From: a virus
Direction: 5' to 3' (one strand)
Virus record (IMG/VR): IMGVR_UViG_3300032053_000003
Location: 30,392 to 94,391 of that record
DNA: 64,000 nt
Of this stretch, positions 1 to 9,657 are shown piece by piece. The notes under the pieces are model-generated. The model ran no database searches and was not told where the DNA came from. It was given only the letters and a program-made list of their open reading frames with translations. How positions within the stretch are numbered: position 1 is the first letter of the stretch; the number at the start of each line of letters is the position of its first letter. The position numbers were made by a program, and so were the translations under genes.

Positions 1-167
1 AATACCTTCATGAGTGACTACTGGGTATCCATTTATCGGATCTTCATCTGCCTTGGTAAGACCAGTAGATTTCCATTCCACATTACCAAGAGTCAATGCT
101 TCTGTTATGGGATTATAGGTTTTGTCTTCTTCCTGTGCCTGAACAACTATACCCTTCTTTTCCTCAT
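1..167 (-). CDS. hypothetical protein, 3' end cut by window edge (N-term MDEEKKGIVVQAQEEDKTYNPITEAL)
   Basis: ATG at 167 on minus strand preceded by GAGAGGGG SD; frame stays open to position 1; 3 nt from stop of upstream gene. Confidence 0.45.
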
Positions 168-170
168 CCA

Positions 171-1262
171 TTATAACCCCTCTCTGGCAAACCTCTTTAT
201 GTAGACATTTACTTCATCATTTGACATTATATCAGGGAGTGTTGCAGTGAATGCATCGATGTTCTTGTCCATCTTGAGTTCCTCCAGGTGGATAAGAACA
301 TCGGTCTCTGTCTCAAAGAGAGCACCATCCTCCAGAACCTTGAAGGCTTTGATCTTTACATAAGCCTTGCCATTACTCTTGGGGAAGGATGCTCTTATGA
401 CTTTGTTGACTGCTGCTTGAGCTGCTATGCCGTTTTTTGCAAAGGTGTCTAACCCAAGCTTATGGCTTAACTCAGGATCAAGAGAGGTACCTATTTCCAC
501 ATTATAGAAGTCAGCTATATCCTCTTTTTTCAGCAGTTTGTTCCTGATAAGATACCTGGCTATCCTTGTCAATATACTCTTTTTGGTCTTACCTTCCTGT
601 ACACAGAGCTTGAACTTAGCAGCTAACTGCTCACTTCTTATGAGATCATCAATGATGGAAGGTCTGATTTCTCTCATAAAGTTACTCATCATCGTTCTCC
701 TACCCTGGTACCTGCCCCCATCAGTTCCCTTAATCCTTTCAAACATATCATTTTCAGATATCCATGGGTGCTCTTTCCTCATATGTTTTTCAATAATACC
801 CATGTATACCTTAGCCAAGACTCTGGAGCCTTTTATGGTGGGTCTTGTAGAAGGCTCAACTACCTTGTTCGTTCCCAAATACTCTCTAATAGAGGTCAGA
901 CTGCCAGGGTAACCTCTCCCACGGATGACCTTAAATACTTCTGCAGCTTTTACATTTGGGAACATAGATAACAAGGAATCTATGTCATCAAAGTAAGGTT
1001 TAATCAGACCAAACTTTTTGACATGTGTGTTTCGTATGGGGGTAGGATCTGCTTTGGCCCTCTGTAATATATCTTCCTCTGGCATCTTACATATCTTCTC
1101 AACCGTCTCATGGGCATGACCTGTTTTTTGTGCTATCTGGTTGAAGTTTATGCCTTCTCCGTGATGCAAGTTCCATATAACAAGCATCTTTTTTCCTGGG
1201 ATCATATTAACCCTCCATTGTAGAACTTTGTCTAACTTAGCTTTTGTTCTTATTCCAAGCAA
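171..1262 (-). CDS. hypothetical DNA-binding protein with tandem helix-turn-helix-like segments (INFNQIAQKTGHAHETVEKI; AAEVFKVIRGRGYPGSLTSIREYL)
   Basis: 363-aa ORF, codirectional packing; HTH-like patterns by eye only. Confidence 0.5.
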   Translation of the reverse strand: MLGIRTKAKLDKVLQWRVNMIPGKKMLVIWNLHHGEGINFNQIAQKTGHAHETVEKICKMPEEDILQRAKADPTPIRNTHVKKFGLIKPYFDDIDSLLSMFPNVKAAEVFKVIRGRGYPGSLTSIREYLGTNKVVEPSTRPTIKGSRVLAKVYMGIIEKHMRKEHPWISENDMFERIKGTDGGRYQGRRTMMSNFMREIRPSIIDDLIRSEQLAAKFKLCVQEGKTKKSILTRIARYLIRNKLLKKEDIADFYNVEIGTSLDPELSHKLGLDTFAKNGIAAQAAVNKVIRASFPKSNGKAYVKIKAFKVLEDGALFETETDVLIHLEELKMDKNIDAFTATLPDIMSNDEVNVYIKRFAREGL

Positions 1263-1476
1263 GGAACTTAAGTACTGTAGGTACTAATCTCTCGTCCAGG
1301 CTGTAATGCTCAGGCATCTCCAGCCTTTTATAAATGACCTTCCATTCAAAGTCTTCAGTCAGTACTTGCAGCACCTGCCACTGACCTTTGCCTGGACGGT
1401 AGGGTATGTTCCTCTCATCACAGAATCTCTTAAAATCTTCCAGCTTATCTTTCTGTAGAAAGTTTCTACTTGCCAT
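1237..1476 (-). CDS. hypothetical protein
   Basis: 79-aa ORF tightly packed in minus block. Confidence 0.4.
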   Translation of the reverse strand: MASRNFLQKDKLEDFKRFCDERNIPYRPGKGQWQVLQVLTEDFEWKVIYKRLEMPEHYSLDERLVPTVLKFLAWNKNKS

Positions 1477-2425
1477 TGTTCCTCTTTTTGGTTCTCTTAG
1501 TCAACAGTGTAGGGAACCCCTTTTCCTTGTTGTAGATCTTAAGCTGGGTCGGTTCATCTTTCATAAAGGCGTTCCACGCAACATAGATCTTATGCCTCAC
1601 TTCATCAGTAGTTACCAGCTTTTTATCCCCTCCAGAACGAGTTCCCTGTCCAAGCTTAACAGTTCTCAGATACTCTCTTACCGTCCAGGTAGCATCCTTC
1701 ATGGTAAGCTTTTCTCCATCCCTGGCTTCTAACCAGAACATTACAGCTTCTTCAGGGTTTGCTTCAAAGGTGTCTATTATAGCACAAATTACAGCTGCTT
1801 TCTCCAAGTGTCTGCCAGTTTTGCCTTTCCCTAAGAGTACATGCAGAAAGTCACCTTCGGGTATGTACTCCTCCATGAGTTCTACTTTTCTGTCTTTTGT
1901 AGCTGCAAATAAATTTTCCTTTATCACAGCTCCGCTAATAAGGAGAGAGCAGACCCTGTCAGTCCAGTCAACACCAATACCTTCTTTTCCAGCTCTTGCC
2001 ATATCTCTCAAAGTTCTAGAGTCAGTATCAAACTGCTGATAAAGCAGAGAGGCTTCCATTTCGTTACTACAATAGACCTCTATAACAAGTGCTGAAATGG
2101 GTATACCTGTTGCAATGATCATTGCAGCCTGATGCTGTCCGTTAAACAGAACCCTCAGGTTGTTTTTATAACCGAGGATAGCTATGCAGATGAACCCTAC
2201 ATGGAATTTACCTTCCATCTGTTTCTGTATGAGGATCATCAACTTAGCTGCTTTGAAGGGTCGCTGACCTTCATATGTGTTTATGGACTTTAAGTATTCA
2301 GCAACTTCCACAGTTATGTTATTCTGTTCCTTTAAGTTTGTTTTGACTACCTTAAACATTGATGCCTGGGTGACTTTTTTAACTTCCATGAGTTCCTCCT
2401 CTTTGATTAAGTAGTTGTAAATCAT
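1466..2425 (-). CDS. ParB/DndB-like (DGQHR-like motif LFNGQHQAAMII) protein
   Basis: 319-aa ORF; NGQHQ resembles the DGQHR motif of the DndB/ParB-like nuclease superfamily. Confidence 0.45.
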   Translation of the reverse strand: MIYNYLIKEEELMEVKKVTQASMFKVVKTNLKEQNNITVEVAEYLKSINTYEGQRPFKAAKLMILIQKQMEGKFHVGFICIAILGYKNNLRVLFNGQHQAAMIIATGIPISALVIEVYCSNEMEASLLYQQFDTDSRTLRDMARAGKEGIGVDWTDRVCSLLISGAVIKENLFAATKDRKVELMEEYIPEGDFLHVLLGKGKTGRHLEKAAVICAIIDTFEANPEEAVMFWLEARDGEKLTMKDATWTVREYLRTVKLGQGTRSGGDKKLVTTDEVRHKIYVAWNAFMKDEPTQLKIYNKEKGFPTLLTKRTKKRNNGK

Positions 2426-2487
2426 TTGTAAACTGTTTGTATATATTACCCTACGTTTGTAAAGTAACCCCCTTTATATTAGTGTGT

Positions 2488-3018
2488 TTATTTAAGCCCT
2501 GCTACATCTTTGAGGATCTTAACACGTTTAATAGCTTCTTTTTTGGAGGTAGTAGTCCACCCCTCTTTCTTGGTATCTTCTATTTTCTGGTAGAATATTT
2601 CAAAGGCTTCTTTATACTCACAGTTCATATCATCATAATTATATTTTTTAGGTATTCCATCTATAATACCATAGAGGTTTTCAATTGAGCTTAAAACAGT
2701 TTCCTTGGAAATAGTTACCCATCCTTTTACTTTGGCATTTCTTACCTGCCATTTAAGTACATTCCACACTTCTTTGAATTCAAGGCTAAGTAGTGTCTTA
2801 GATTTACTTTTTGGTTTCTCTGTATTTATATCTATGTCGAAGGAGTTAACATGAAGACCATTGGGTGTCCTCTCTCCATATATTAACAATTTTTGGAGTA
2901 TAGCATTCCCAAATTTATCTAGGGTGTGTTTTAAATATGCTGCTTCTTTTTTAAAGTGTTCTCTAAGTTCAGGTGAAGAATGAAATCTTATTCTGTCTTT
3001 GCTACCTCTATTAGACAT
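2488..3018 (-). CDS. hypothetical protein
   Basis: 176-aa ORF. Confidence 0.5.
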   Translation of the reverse strand: MSNRGSKDRIRFHSSPELREHFKKEAAYLKHTLDKFGNAILQKLLIYGERTPNGLHVNSFDIDINTEKPKSKSKTLLSLEFKEVWNVLKWQVRNAKVKGWVTISKETVLSSIENLYGIIDGIPKKYNYDDMNCEYKEAFEIFYQKIEDTKKEGWTTTSKKEAIKRVKILKDVAGLK

Positions 3019-3090
3019 TATAATCCCTTGTTGTCAGTGTATTATGTTGATCTACTGCTTATTTCTTATTCTATTAAGATTGTCAAGGGT

Positions 3091-3129
3091 AAAAACAGGA
3101 ACTAGCTAATTTTATGAGTTCCTGTTTTT
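3091..3129. terminator. bidirectional rho-independent terminator hairpin
   Basis: perfect 13-bp stem AAAAACAGGAACT / AGTTCCTGTTTTT with 13-nt loop; A-run and T-run flank so it reads as stem+U-tract on both strands; sits after stop of 3138..4073. Confidence 0.6.
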
Positions 3130-3137
3130 GAGATAGA

Positions 3138-4073
3138 TTAGTAGCCTCTGTCTTTTGGGTAGGGTAAAATCTTATTTTTGCTCTCAAAAAGGTTACGTAA
3201 ATATTTAGTCTCTTTAACTGTATTACCCAAGATATATGCATACTTGTGTTTAGGTTCTATCTTTCTTTTTTCGCTGCATTTTTGGTAGTACTTAGACATT
3301 CGTTTTAACTTTAGGCTTACCCGTTCTGGCATTTTGTTGAAGTGAATCCTATCACCAGTTTGCCATGTATCATCCCAGGGAATGTTGCACTCTTTGGCAA
3401 TCCTTTTGTACATAGACCTGCTTCTAAAGGATCTATCTGATGTCCATTTTCCATTAACTTTGTATTGGAATTCAGCTCCTGACTTTTTGCCAATGTAGTA
3501 AAAGTTGCAAGCTTGATATATAGTTCCAAGTTCTTTAGCTTCAGTGTCACTATAACAGGTGAACAGCCTGAATCGAGTATTCTTAACCATCCATTTAATT
3601 GAAAACATTACTAATTTACTACCTAAATTTTTTGGTGACCAGCTAATGCAAGCACCTCTTGATATCAATCTTTCCAGTTTTCTGGTGGCTATCACTTTGG
3701 TATCTTCAGTGCTTATCTTTAACTCTTCAATGGTAAAAGGGGCCAGGCTACTAGTCTCTATATTGTCACCAAGCAATTTTGAGAATGCAGTAGGCATGTC
3801 CATAATAACAACACCAGCTAAAATGCCTTTGTACCTAGCAGTAAAAAAATTGGTTGGATACAAAGACATCTTACCTAGCCACTCATGCCTCTCTATAAAA
3901 GCTTTTATTTCTTTGTAGGCTTCAGGTTCATGTTGTAGCTGAAAATCCTCACATCTTAGGTCTTTAACCTCTTCATATAAAAGTCCTTCAAATTCTAAGT
4001 CTTCTTTTAAATTTTTTAGCCTGATATCATACTGCCAACAATGGTTCTCTTCATAAGTTGAGAATCTATCCAC
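3138..4073 (-). CDS. hypothetical protein; possible Mom-like GNAT-fold acyltransferase (motif CYSDTEAKELGTIYQACNFYYIGK)
   Basis: 311-aa ORF; C-terminal SD...GTIYxAxNfYYiG pattern recalls Mom-family DNA-modification acyltransferases (recollection, unverified). Confidence 0.5.
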   Translation of the reverse strand: MDRFSTYEENHCWQYDIRLKNLKEDLEFEGLLYEEVKDLRCEDFQLQHEPEAYKEIKAFIERHEWLGKMSLYPTNFFTARYKGILAGVVIMDMPTAFSKLLGDNIETSSLAPFTIEELKISTEDTKVIATRKLERLISRGACISWSPKNLGSKLVMFSIKWMVKNTRFRLFTCYSDTEAKELGTIYQACNFYYIGKKSGAEFQYKVNGKWTSDRSFRSRSMYKRIAKECNIPWDDTWQTGDRIHFNKMPERVSLKLKRMSKYYQKCSEKRKIEPKHKYAYILGNTVKETKYLRNLFESKNKILPYPKDRGY

Positions 4074-4136
4074 ATCATTTCCTTTCTGGGAGTGGTAAAG
4101 GTTTTATCAGGATATCGGTCAATGGTACATGCCAAG

Positions 4137-4565
4137 TCATATCCTCAGCTCCTCTCTCACCTTCATCAATATCTTACCCAGGTGATTGTTACCTACTCCG
4201 TTGCAGACTCCCCAGTATTGATCATGCCAGTAATTACCTTCTATCAGCTTACTATATCCTGTGGCAAGCAACCTCTTTCTGATATAGTCATTTTGTTTGA
4301 ATTTGTTGAGTACACCAGTGTACATGATGTCAAGCTTAACCTCTTCCCAGTCTGGTCTGAGTTCGATCTCAGGGCTGTTGCCTATTCTCTTTGCCACCAT
4401 GCCGTTCTTACACAGACGGATAGTCTCATAGATAAGATGATCTAAGGTCTTGTTGGCTTGATACCAGTGTTCTACGGATATATAGAGTTTTCGGTCTATG
4501 TAGAAGAGAGCTTTGTACATATTAGACAGAAATCTGTAGTCACCCTTGAATTCTAATATATCCAT
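4137..4565 (-). CDS. NADAR (YbiA/DUF1768) domain protein, putative ADP-ribose N-glycosidase
   Basis: DYRFLSNMY...EHWYQA...LLATG...LIEGNYWHDQYWGVCNGVGNNHLGKILMKVR matches NADAR hallmarks. Confidence 0.8.
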   Translation of the reverse strand: MDILEFKGDYRFLSNMYKALFYIDRKLYISVEHWYQANKTLDHLIYETIRLCKNGMVAKRIGNSPEIELRPDWEEVKLDIMYTGVLNKFKQNDYIRKRLLATGYSKLIEGNYWHDQYWGVCNGVGNNHLGKILMKVREELRI

Positions 4566-4784
4566 TACATATCCCTAATGTGATTACTTCCAAGTAAAAG
4601 AGGATTTGAAATGTATTCTATTCCATATGTATCTGACTGTCATGCATAGAATTAACAATAGCTGTATCGATCATGTATCTGAAGGGCTCTATAACCAAGA
4701 TATATATGGGTATGTAACCCCAATAAGCAAGATGGACCAGGATACTTAGTATAAAGTTTATACCTACTCTGATCTTTTTCATAA

Positions 4785-5153
4785 CTAGTTACCCTTAGAT
4801 AGGAATTGTTTTCTCTGTTCCAACAGCTCGTTGTAGTATGTAAATACTGTCTTGGTGTCCTCTTTATTGAGCTTCTGACAGCTGATAAACATGGGATATC
4901 CATTGATACTTCTTGGCCCTGCCTTTGAGTGGTATTCAAAGATCATACCAGCATCTTTTACCCATTCTTGAGCATGATCCCATAGTGATAAAGCCATGAA
5001 GATGCTAAGTAATGTCTTACTTTCACTTTTAGGTACATGTCTGTCAGAGAAGATCTTACCATCAGCCAGATCCAAGGCTATTTGACGGAGTTCCTGGTCA
5101 GTCTTTATAGGATCTGGAGGCAACTCTTTCTCTTTACTTCTTGCTTTTGTCAT
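4785..5153 (-). CDS. hypothetical protein
   Basis: 122-aa ORF. Confidence 0.45.
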   Translation of the reverse strand: MTKARSKEKELPPDPIKTDQELRQIALDLADGKIFSDRHVPKSESKTLLSIFMALSLWDHAQEWVKDAGMIFEYHSKAGPRSINGYPMFISCQKLNKEDTKTVFTYYNELLEQRKQFLSKGN

Positions 5154-5943
5154 GTTTGGGGTCTCCCAGCAGTTTGATCTTATTTTCTATAGCTTGTTGA
5201 AGATTCTTTTCATCCTTGAAGAAATTATCGAGTTTAAGAGCTAAGCTACATAAGGATATCATGGCTTCATAGAAGAATCGAGCTGCATCCTCAGTATATT
5301 CCATTTCCTTGGTCTGATCTGAATCAGGACGTATATTAATCCCCACAAAGGCATTGAGCATCTCCATATAGTTTCTGGTAGGCTCTTCTGCATGGGCTAT
5401 TAAATACTCTTGACGATGTTTTCCTGTTCCTATTTTAGGTTTATATGTGGTTTTATCATATACTGCAGCAGCTAATCCTATGGAAAACACAGGTTTATCA
5501 TGTAGATACTGAACCGCATTACCTCCTCTCCACTTACCTTTATTACCTTCTGATCCATCTGGGTGGAGAGTACTATTCAGGCTTTCCCATATATTATAGT
5601 CTGTTTGGACCCTGTAGACAATGACTCTCTTAATCTCCTTCTCACAATCCATCTTGTATTTGATCAGCTCTCTTATGTACTTTGTACAGTTTTCAAGAGT
5701 ATTACCTGAAACTCTATGTTGGGATTTACCTGCTCCACGATGTACATAGAGGTTGATGTTGAACTTTTGAGGGCTGGGAACATCTTTATCAAAGATTGTG
5801 AAGGATTTGGTTATTTCATAGAGATCATCAGGGATTTGTAAAGTGAACAGACCTGAAGTATCAACAAAGCAAGGAGATCTGTATTCGTAGATCTCACCAG
5901 CATTGTTCTGATGTCTTATGTTTATATCCTTTATCTTTGGCAT
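5134..5943 (-). CDS. hypothetical protein
   Basis: 269-aa ORF. Confidence 0.5.
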   Translation of the reverse strand: MPKIKDINIRHQNNAGEIYEYRSPCFVDTSGLFTLQIPDDLYEITKSFTIFDKDVPSPQKFNINLYVHRGAGKSQHRVSGNTLENCTKYIRELIKYKMDCEKEIKRVIVYRVQTDYNIWESLNSTLHPDGSEGNKGKWRGGNAVQYLHDKPVFSIGLAAAVYDKTTYKPKIGTGKHRQEYLIAHAEEPTRNYMEMLNAFVGINIRPDSDQTKEMEYTEDAARFFYEAMISLCSLALKLDNFFKDEKNLQQAIENKIKLLGDPKHDKSKK

Positions 5944-6009
5944 TATTTGAACCTTATCTGACCATTTAGTCTTTTAAGCTCTGCAGAGATTTCTCTAAGA
6001 ACCACTAAG

Positions 6010-6093
6010 GTTTCATTGATCTTTAAGTACCAGCAGGTGATCTCCCTACAGATCAACATGATCACGAAAAATATCAGTAGTGCAGCTAAGGCT
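6010..6093 (-). CDS. possible 27-aa hydrophobic peptide (METALAALLIFFVIMLICREIHLLVLKDQ)
   Basis: ATG 6 nt downstream of AAGGAAA SD; single predicted TM helix; below ORF-track size cutoff. Confidence 0.25.
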
Positions 6094-6102
6094 GTTTCCA
6101 TA

Positions 6103-6432
6103 TCATTTCCTTTTTAGAAACCTTATTCCTTCTCGTGTGAGGATCACCACATGACTGTCATCTGCCCAGGCATCACTTACCTCAATATCAGGGTAGGTTA
6201 GGTACTGTAGGCATCCTGAGTGAAGTATAGGGTTATCTATCTGACTGTCATCAGTAACCCTTTCTACGTGATCTCCATTCAGACCACCTACTTTGGCAAG
6301 CATCTGGTAAAGGTAGACATTCGTTTTTCTGAGCCCCTTAACAGCTTCCTCAAACTTCTTCCAGGCTTTTTTCTGTGCAGGATTAAGCTCTATAGCCTTG
6401 TCATATTCTTCTTTGGTGAAGTCATCATTCAT
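6103..6432 (-). CDS. hypothetical protein
   Basis: 109-aa ORF. Confidence 0.45.
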   Translation of the reverse strand: MNDDFTKEEYDKAIELNPAQKKAWKKFEEAVKGLRKTNVYLYQMLAKVGGLNGDHVERVTDDSQIDNPILHSGCLQYLTYPDIEVSDAWADDSHVVILTREGIRFLKRK

Positions 6433-6628
6433 CGATTTCCACCATCTCTATAAAGGCTCTTACCTTTACTTTTTTATTACGTAGCCAGTTACATTTTGAG
6501 ATCAAACCCTGGCTTATCATGGTTTTTATAATAGGATCATAGGCATCATGATTATAAACCATAGTAGCTGCATCAATGAACCCTTCAACCTCTATTGTAG
6601 ACAATAGAACCCTTTTACCTTCAGCCAT
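6425..6628 (-). CDS. hypothetical protein
   Basis: 67-aa ORF overlapping neighbours by 8 nt. Confidence 0.4.
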   Translation of the reverse strand: MAEGKRVLLSTIEVEGFIDAATMVYNHDAYDPIIKTMISQGLISKCNWLRNKKVKVRAFIEMVEIDE

Positions 6629-6636
6629 GGTGTCTC

Positions 6637-7218
6637 CTAACCAAAGCTCTCACGAGCATCAGATTCATTGTCAAATAGTTGGCAACCCCAGTAGGACATT
6701 TCCTTTTTATTAAAGTACTCAGCAAAATTTGGATTATTAGAGGCAAAGGTGATCACAGCTTTTTTGAAAGTAGTTCCATATTCTTTTCCGTGAAGGGTTG
6801 CACCACCACTGTCTCCAGTTGCCCTAAAGCCTTCTGACCAGATCTCCCACAGAAGAACTGGGTTTCTTTTAGAGGTATCCTTTATCTCATGGAATACGTA
6901 ATTTTCAGTTTTAGTATCAATTTTCCTTCTCTTATTTTCTCTCTTAAGGGAATCTTCCTCACCCTGCTGCATGCCTCTCCTGTAAGCAAGCTCCATACTA
7001 CCTATGACATGAGGGATAAAAGAGTAGAGCATCCCAAGTAGCCCTGCATCACCTTCATGTTTACCTACCAGCAGGTTTCTTGCTCCCTCAGGTATGTCTT
7101 TCCTCATCTTTACATAGGTCCTTAGAGCTATGTGGACATGAAGCATAGTGAGCTTTCCTGTGTTGAGGTCACCCAGGAGCTGATCAAATTTGTTGATAGC
7201 CATATTACCCCAGTCCAA
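6637..7218 (-). CDS. hypothetical protein (alt start 7203)
   Basis: 193-aa ORF. Confidence 0.5.
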   Translation of the reverse strand: MDWGNMAINKFDQLLGDLNTGKLTMLHVHIALRTYVKMRKDIPEGARNLLVGKHEGDAGLLGMLYSFIPHVIGSMELAYRRGMQQGEEDSLKRENKRRKIDTKTENYVFHEIKDTSKRNPVLLWEIWSEGFRATGDSGGATLHGKEYGTTFKKAVITFASNNPNFAEYFNKKEMSYWGCQLFDNESDARESFG

Positions 7219-7455
7219 GCTCTTGACGAGTCTTGGTAGTCATAATCTCACACATACGGATCTCCCATTCCTTACTGGGTTGCCTCCCATCGAGTATGTC
7301 CCTCAGGACATCTCTCAGAGCTGCCCAGCTTTCATACATGATTTCAGGAGCCCTGAAGGTGGAATCATAGCTGACCCTCTCAAGACTCTCCCTGGCATGT
7401 TTAAGATCTGGGGACTACTTCCATGATCTGTTTTATTACTTCGGTAATTTTTCTG

Positions 7456-7935
7456 TCAGACATCTTCACGATCCTTTAAAAGTTTCTCTCCCTCTTCAGA
7501 AGCAGGATCAATCTCTACTATCTTGTCAGGGACTCTGCTTGTAGCACCAATACCACCAAGATAGATTCCAGCACCACCTGTTGGAATACCATCACTACCA
7601 GGAAAAGCATCACTACCTGGGATACCCTGTTCCTGTTCTTCCAGCTTTTCCTTTACCAGTCGGGTAGTCAGATCTTCCTCCATGGTCTTTGCTTCCTGAC
7701 GAAGTCTGGCTATGATTGTTTTTACCCTTTCTGTCTCAACAGCTTTCCAATCAATAGCTGCCTGGGCAATCTTGTGTTCATTAACATCCTCAGTTATCAA
7801 ACCAAGCCTTTCACCTACTGTCTTCATCCACCAGAGAACCCAAGACCCTATCTGTGTGGTTGTGAACCTGTCCAGTATGTGGACTAGTTCCAGAGGCATA
7901 TCTTCCGGTCTGGTGTCTATCAACTCTTGTGACAT
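7456..7935 (-). CDS. hypothetical protein
   Basis: 159-aa ORF. Confidence 0.5.
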   Translation of the reverse strand: MSQELIDTRPEDMPLELVHILDRFTTTQIGSWVLWWMKTVGERLGLITEDVNEHKIAQAAIDWKAVETERVKTIIARLRQEAKTMEEDLTTRLVKEKLEEQEQGIPGSDAFPGSDGIPTGGAGIYLGGIGATSRVPDKIVEIDPASEEGEKLLKDREDV

Positions 7936-8279
7936 TACTTACCCTCCATGGGCTCATACCCGAATTTCTCTTTGTTTAGTGCATTGGCTTTGTCTGTACA
8001 CTTTGGACACACCATCCATCCACCACCTCCATTTCCTGTATAGAGAGATCCTCCAGGTTCATGCCCACCAAAGTTATGTTTACATATAGGGCATGGTAAC
8101 CAGAAGAATCTTCCCCATACTGACCATACCCAGTTGAAAAACCGTGGACGATATGGAAGCTTTCTTCCCAGGTCTGCTACGTTACGGTAGTCCAGCAGAA
8201 GCATCATAGGTATGGTTACAGGGAAGGTAAGGAAAATGAAGGCTATCTCTTTGAGTTCGTTTTTAAATTCAGCTTCCAC
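7935..8279 (-). CDS. hypothetical protein with hydrophobic N-terminal half and Cys-rich C-terminus
   Basis: 114-aa ORF. Confidence 0.45.
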   Translation of the reverse strand: MEAEFKNELKEIAFIFLTFPVTIPMMLLLDYRNVADLGRKLPYRPRFFNWVWSVWGRFFWLPCPICKHNFGGHEPGGSLYTGNGGGGWMVCPKCTDKANALNKEKFGYEPMEGK

Positions 8280-8351
8280 TGGTGCCCCCTGATCCGCAAT
8301 TACGAATTATATCAATAGATACTAGCATAATTTATAGTATGAGATCCAGCA

Positions 8352-8603
8352 CTAAATTAAATTGATAACACATCTGCCTTCAAACCACTCACTGTCATCT
8401 CTGACACTGAAAGGTTTGGTGTAAAGGGTATGGGATTTGAACTGTTTCATAGCTTCAGGAGGTCCGTCCCACTCATGCCAGTACTCATTGAAGCCATACA
8501 GAGAAGAATTGGCTAATTGAGCAGCTTCCTTTTTGTTGTAGGCAAGAATAAGACCTTCCCTTCTTCCATCATAATTGCCTCTGTAACATTTAAGCTTTCT
8601 CAT
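8352..8603 (-). CDS. hypothetical protein
   Basis: 83-aa ORF. Confidence 0.4.
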   Translation of the reverse strand: MRKLKCYRGNYDGRREGLILAYNKKEAAQLANSSLYGFNEYWHEWDGPPEAMKQFKSHTLYTKPFSVRDDSEWFEGRCVINLI

Positions 8604-8925
8604 GGTTCTCCATTATCTTGTCCATAAGGGTATTGGTCTTTTCCACATACTCCATTAGTACAGCTTTAGGGACATAACCGTACTCTGTTCTTTTGTCCTC
8701 TTCCCAGCATTTTGCTCTGTTCCGGAAAGGGAAGGTTTTGAGATTCATGTACTGAGGGTGTCTCTTGCACTCAGGAGGCTCAGGGTAGAGATCTTCGAAG
8801 CCACGGTAGGAAGGCACATACCACCAGCAGCCTCTGCAGCCATTGGGACGTGGAGGCTTAAAACCATCCAAGGACTTTACAAGATTATGAAAGATACTAC
8901 TCATCCTTCTTTTTGGCCTCTTCAT
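8590..8925 (-). CDS. hypothetical Cys-rich protein
   Basis: 111-aa ORF. Confidence 0.45.
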   Translation of the reverse strand: MKRPKRRMSSIFHNLVKSLDGFKPPRPNGCRGCWWYVPSYRGFEDLYPEPPECKRHPQYMNLKTFPFRNRAKCWEEDKRTEYGYVPKAVLMEYVEKTNTLMDKIMENHEKA

Positions 8926-9379
8926 AAGCTTCTTTGAGGTTACTTAGAAGCTCTATTGCCTCACCCTTTGATCTCTGCTGATAATTCATTCTCATCTGAT
9001 GAGGGCAGTCATCTACCAGTTTCCGGAGAGCTTCATACAGCTCTACTACAGCTTTTTTGAAATCACCGGTTTTCATTTTGTGCAGCTCCTCTACAAGATC
9101 GTAACCTTTTATCCTGGAATCAGTGTCTACTCTCTTATGCAGCAGCTTGATCTCTTCCTCATTCATTCCTCTAGCAACCATCTTCATACCTGCAGGATTA
9201 CCCCATACCGGACAGTTCTTCTGAGTGCAGGAGTACCCTTCAGCTCCCATCTCAAAATGGAAGTGTTCATTATGAAACTTTGAATCAGCAGTGGCCTGAC
9301 TGATCTCATGATGGACACAGTTCTCAGACCACAGTACAAAGTCTTTAGTGCCTCTCCTACCAGTGCCCAGCCGGTTCAT
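8897..9379 (-). CDS. hypothetical protein
   Basis: 160-aa ORF. Confidence 0.5.
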   Translation of the reverse strand: MNRLGTGRRGTKDFVLWSENCVHHEISQATADSKFHNEHFHFEMGAEGYSCTQKNCPVWGNPAGMKMVARGMNEEEIKLLHKRVDTDSRIKGYDLVEELHKMKTGDFKKAVVELYEALRKLVDDCPHQMRMNYQQRSKGEAIELLSNLKEAYEEAKKKDE

Positions 9380-9657
9380 TCGGATAGCATCCTTGTAAGA
9401 GTATCCATGTCTGATTTGACATATGCCAGGATCATTTTGATAGCCTCTTCCTTGGCTTTGTCTATGTCATCTGATCTTCTTAATTTATTCAGGACCTGTA
9501 TATCAATATATGGATCACATCTGATGACCCACTTACCAGGGTAGTCTATATGCCTGGTAACAACCAGCCTTATACCTGATGCCAGTGTAAGTAACCAGCT
9601 CTTGGGGGTTCGGTCTACATCATTTCTAGAGAAGGAGGTAACATCGTTCCACTTCAT
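9376..9657 (-). CDS. hypothetical protein
   Basis: 93-aa ORF, 4-nt overlaps both sides. Confidence 0.45.
   Translation of the reverse strand: MKWNDVTSFSRNDVDRTPKSWLLTLASGIRLVVTRHIDYPGKWVIRCDPYIDIQVLNKLRRSDDIDKAKEEAIKMILAYVKSDMDTLTRMLSE

Noticed and set aside
4652-4939. ORF 4652..4939 (-) spanning the 4566-4784 intergenic region
   Set aside because: It overlaps the 5' half of 4785..5153 in another frame and has odd composition (QRQGQEVSMDIPCLSAV); it is probably spurious. The 220-bp gap more likely holds regulatory DNA.
7205-7339. 44-aa minus-strand ORF in the 7219-7455 gap (MYESWAALRDVLRDILDGRQPSKEWEIRMCEIMTTKTRQELGLG)
   Set aside because: It has no convincing SD, and its stop overlaps the neighbour's ATG only if the shorter 7203 start is used. 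It is too uncertain to list as a feature.
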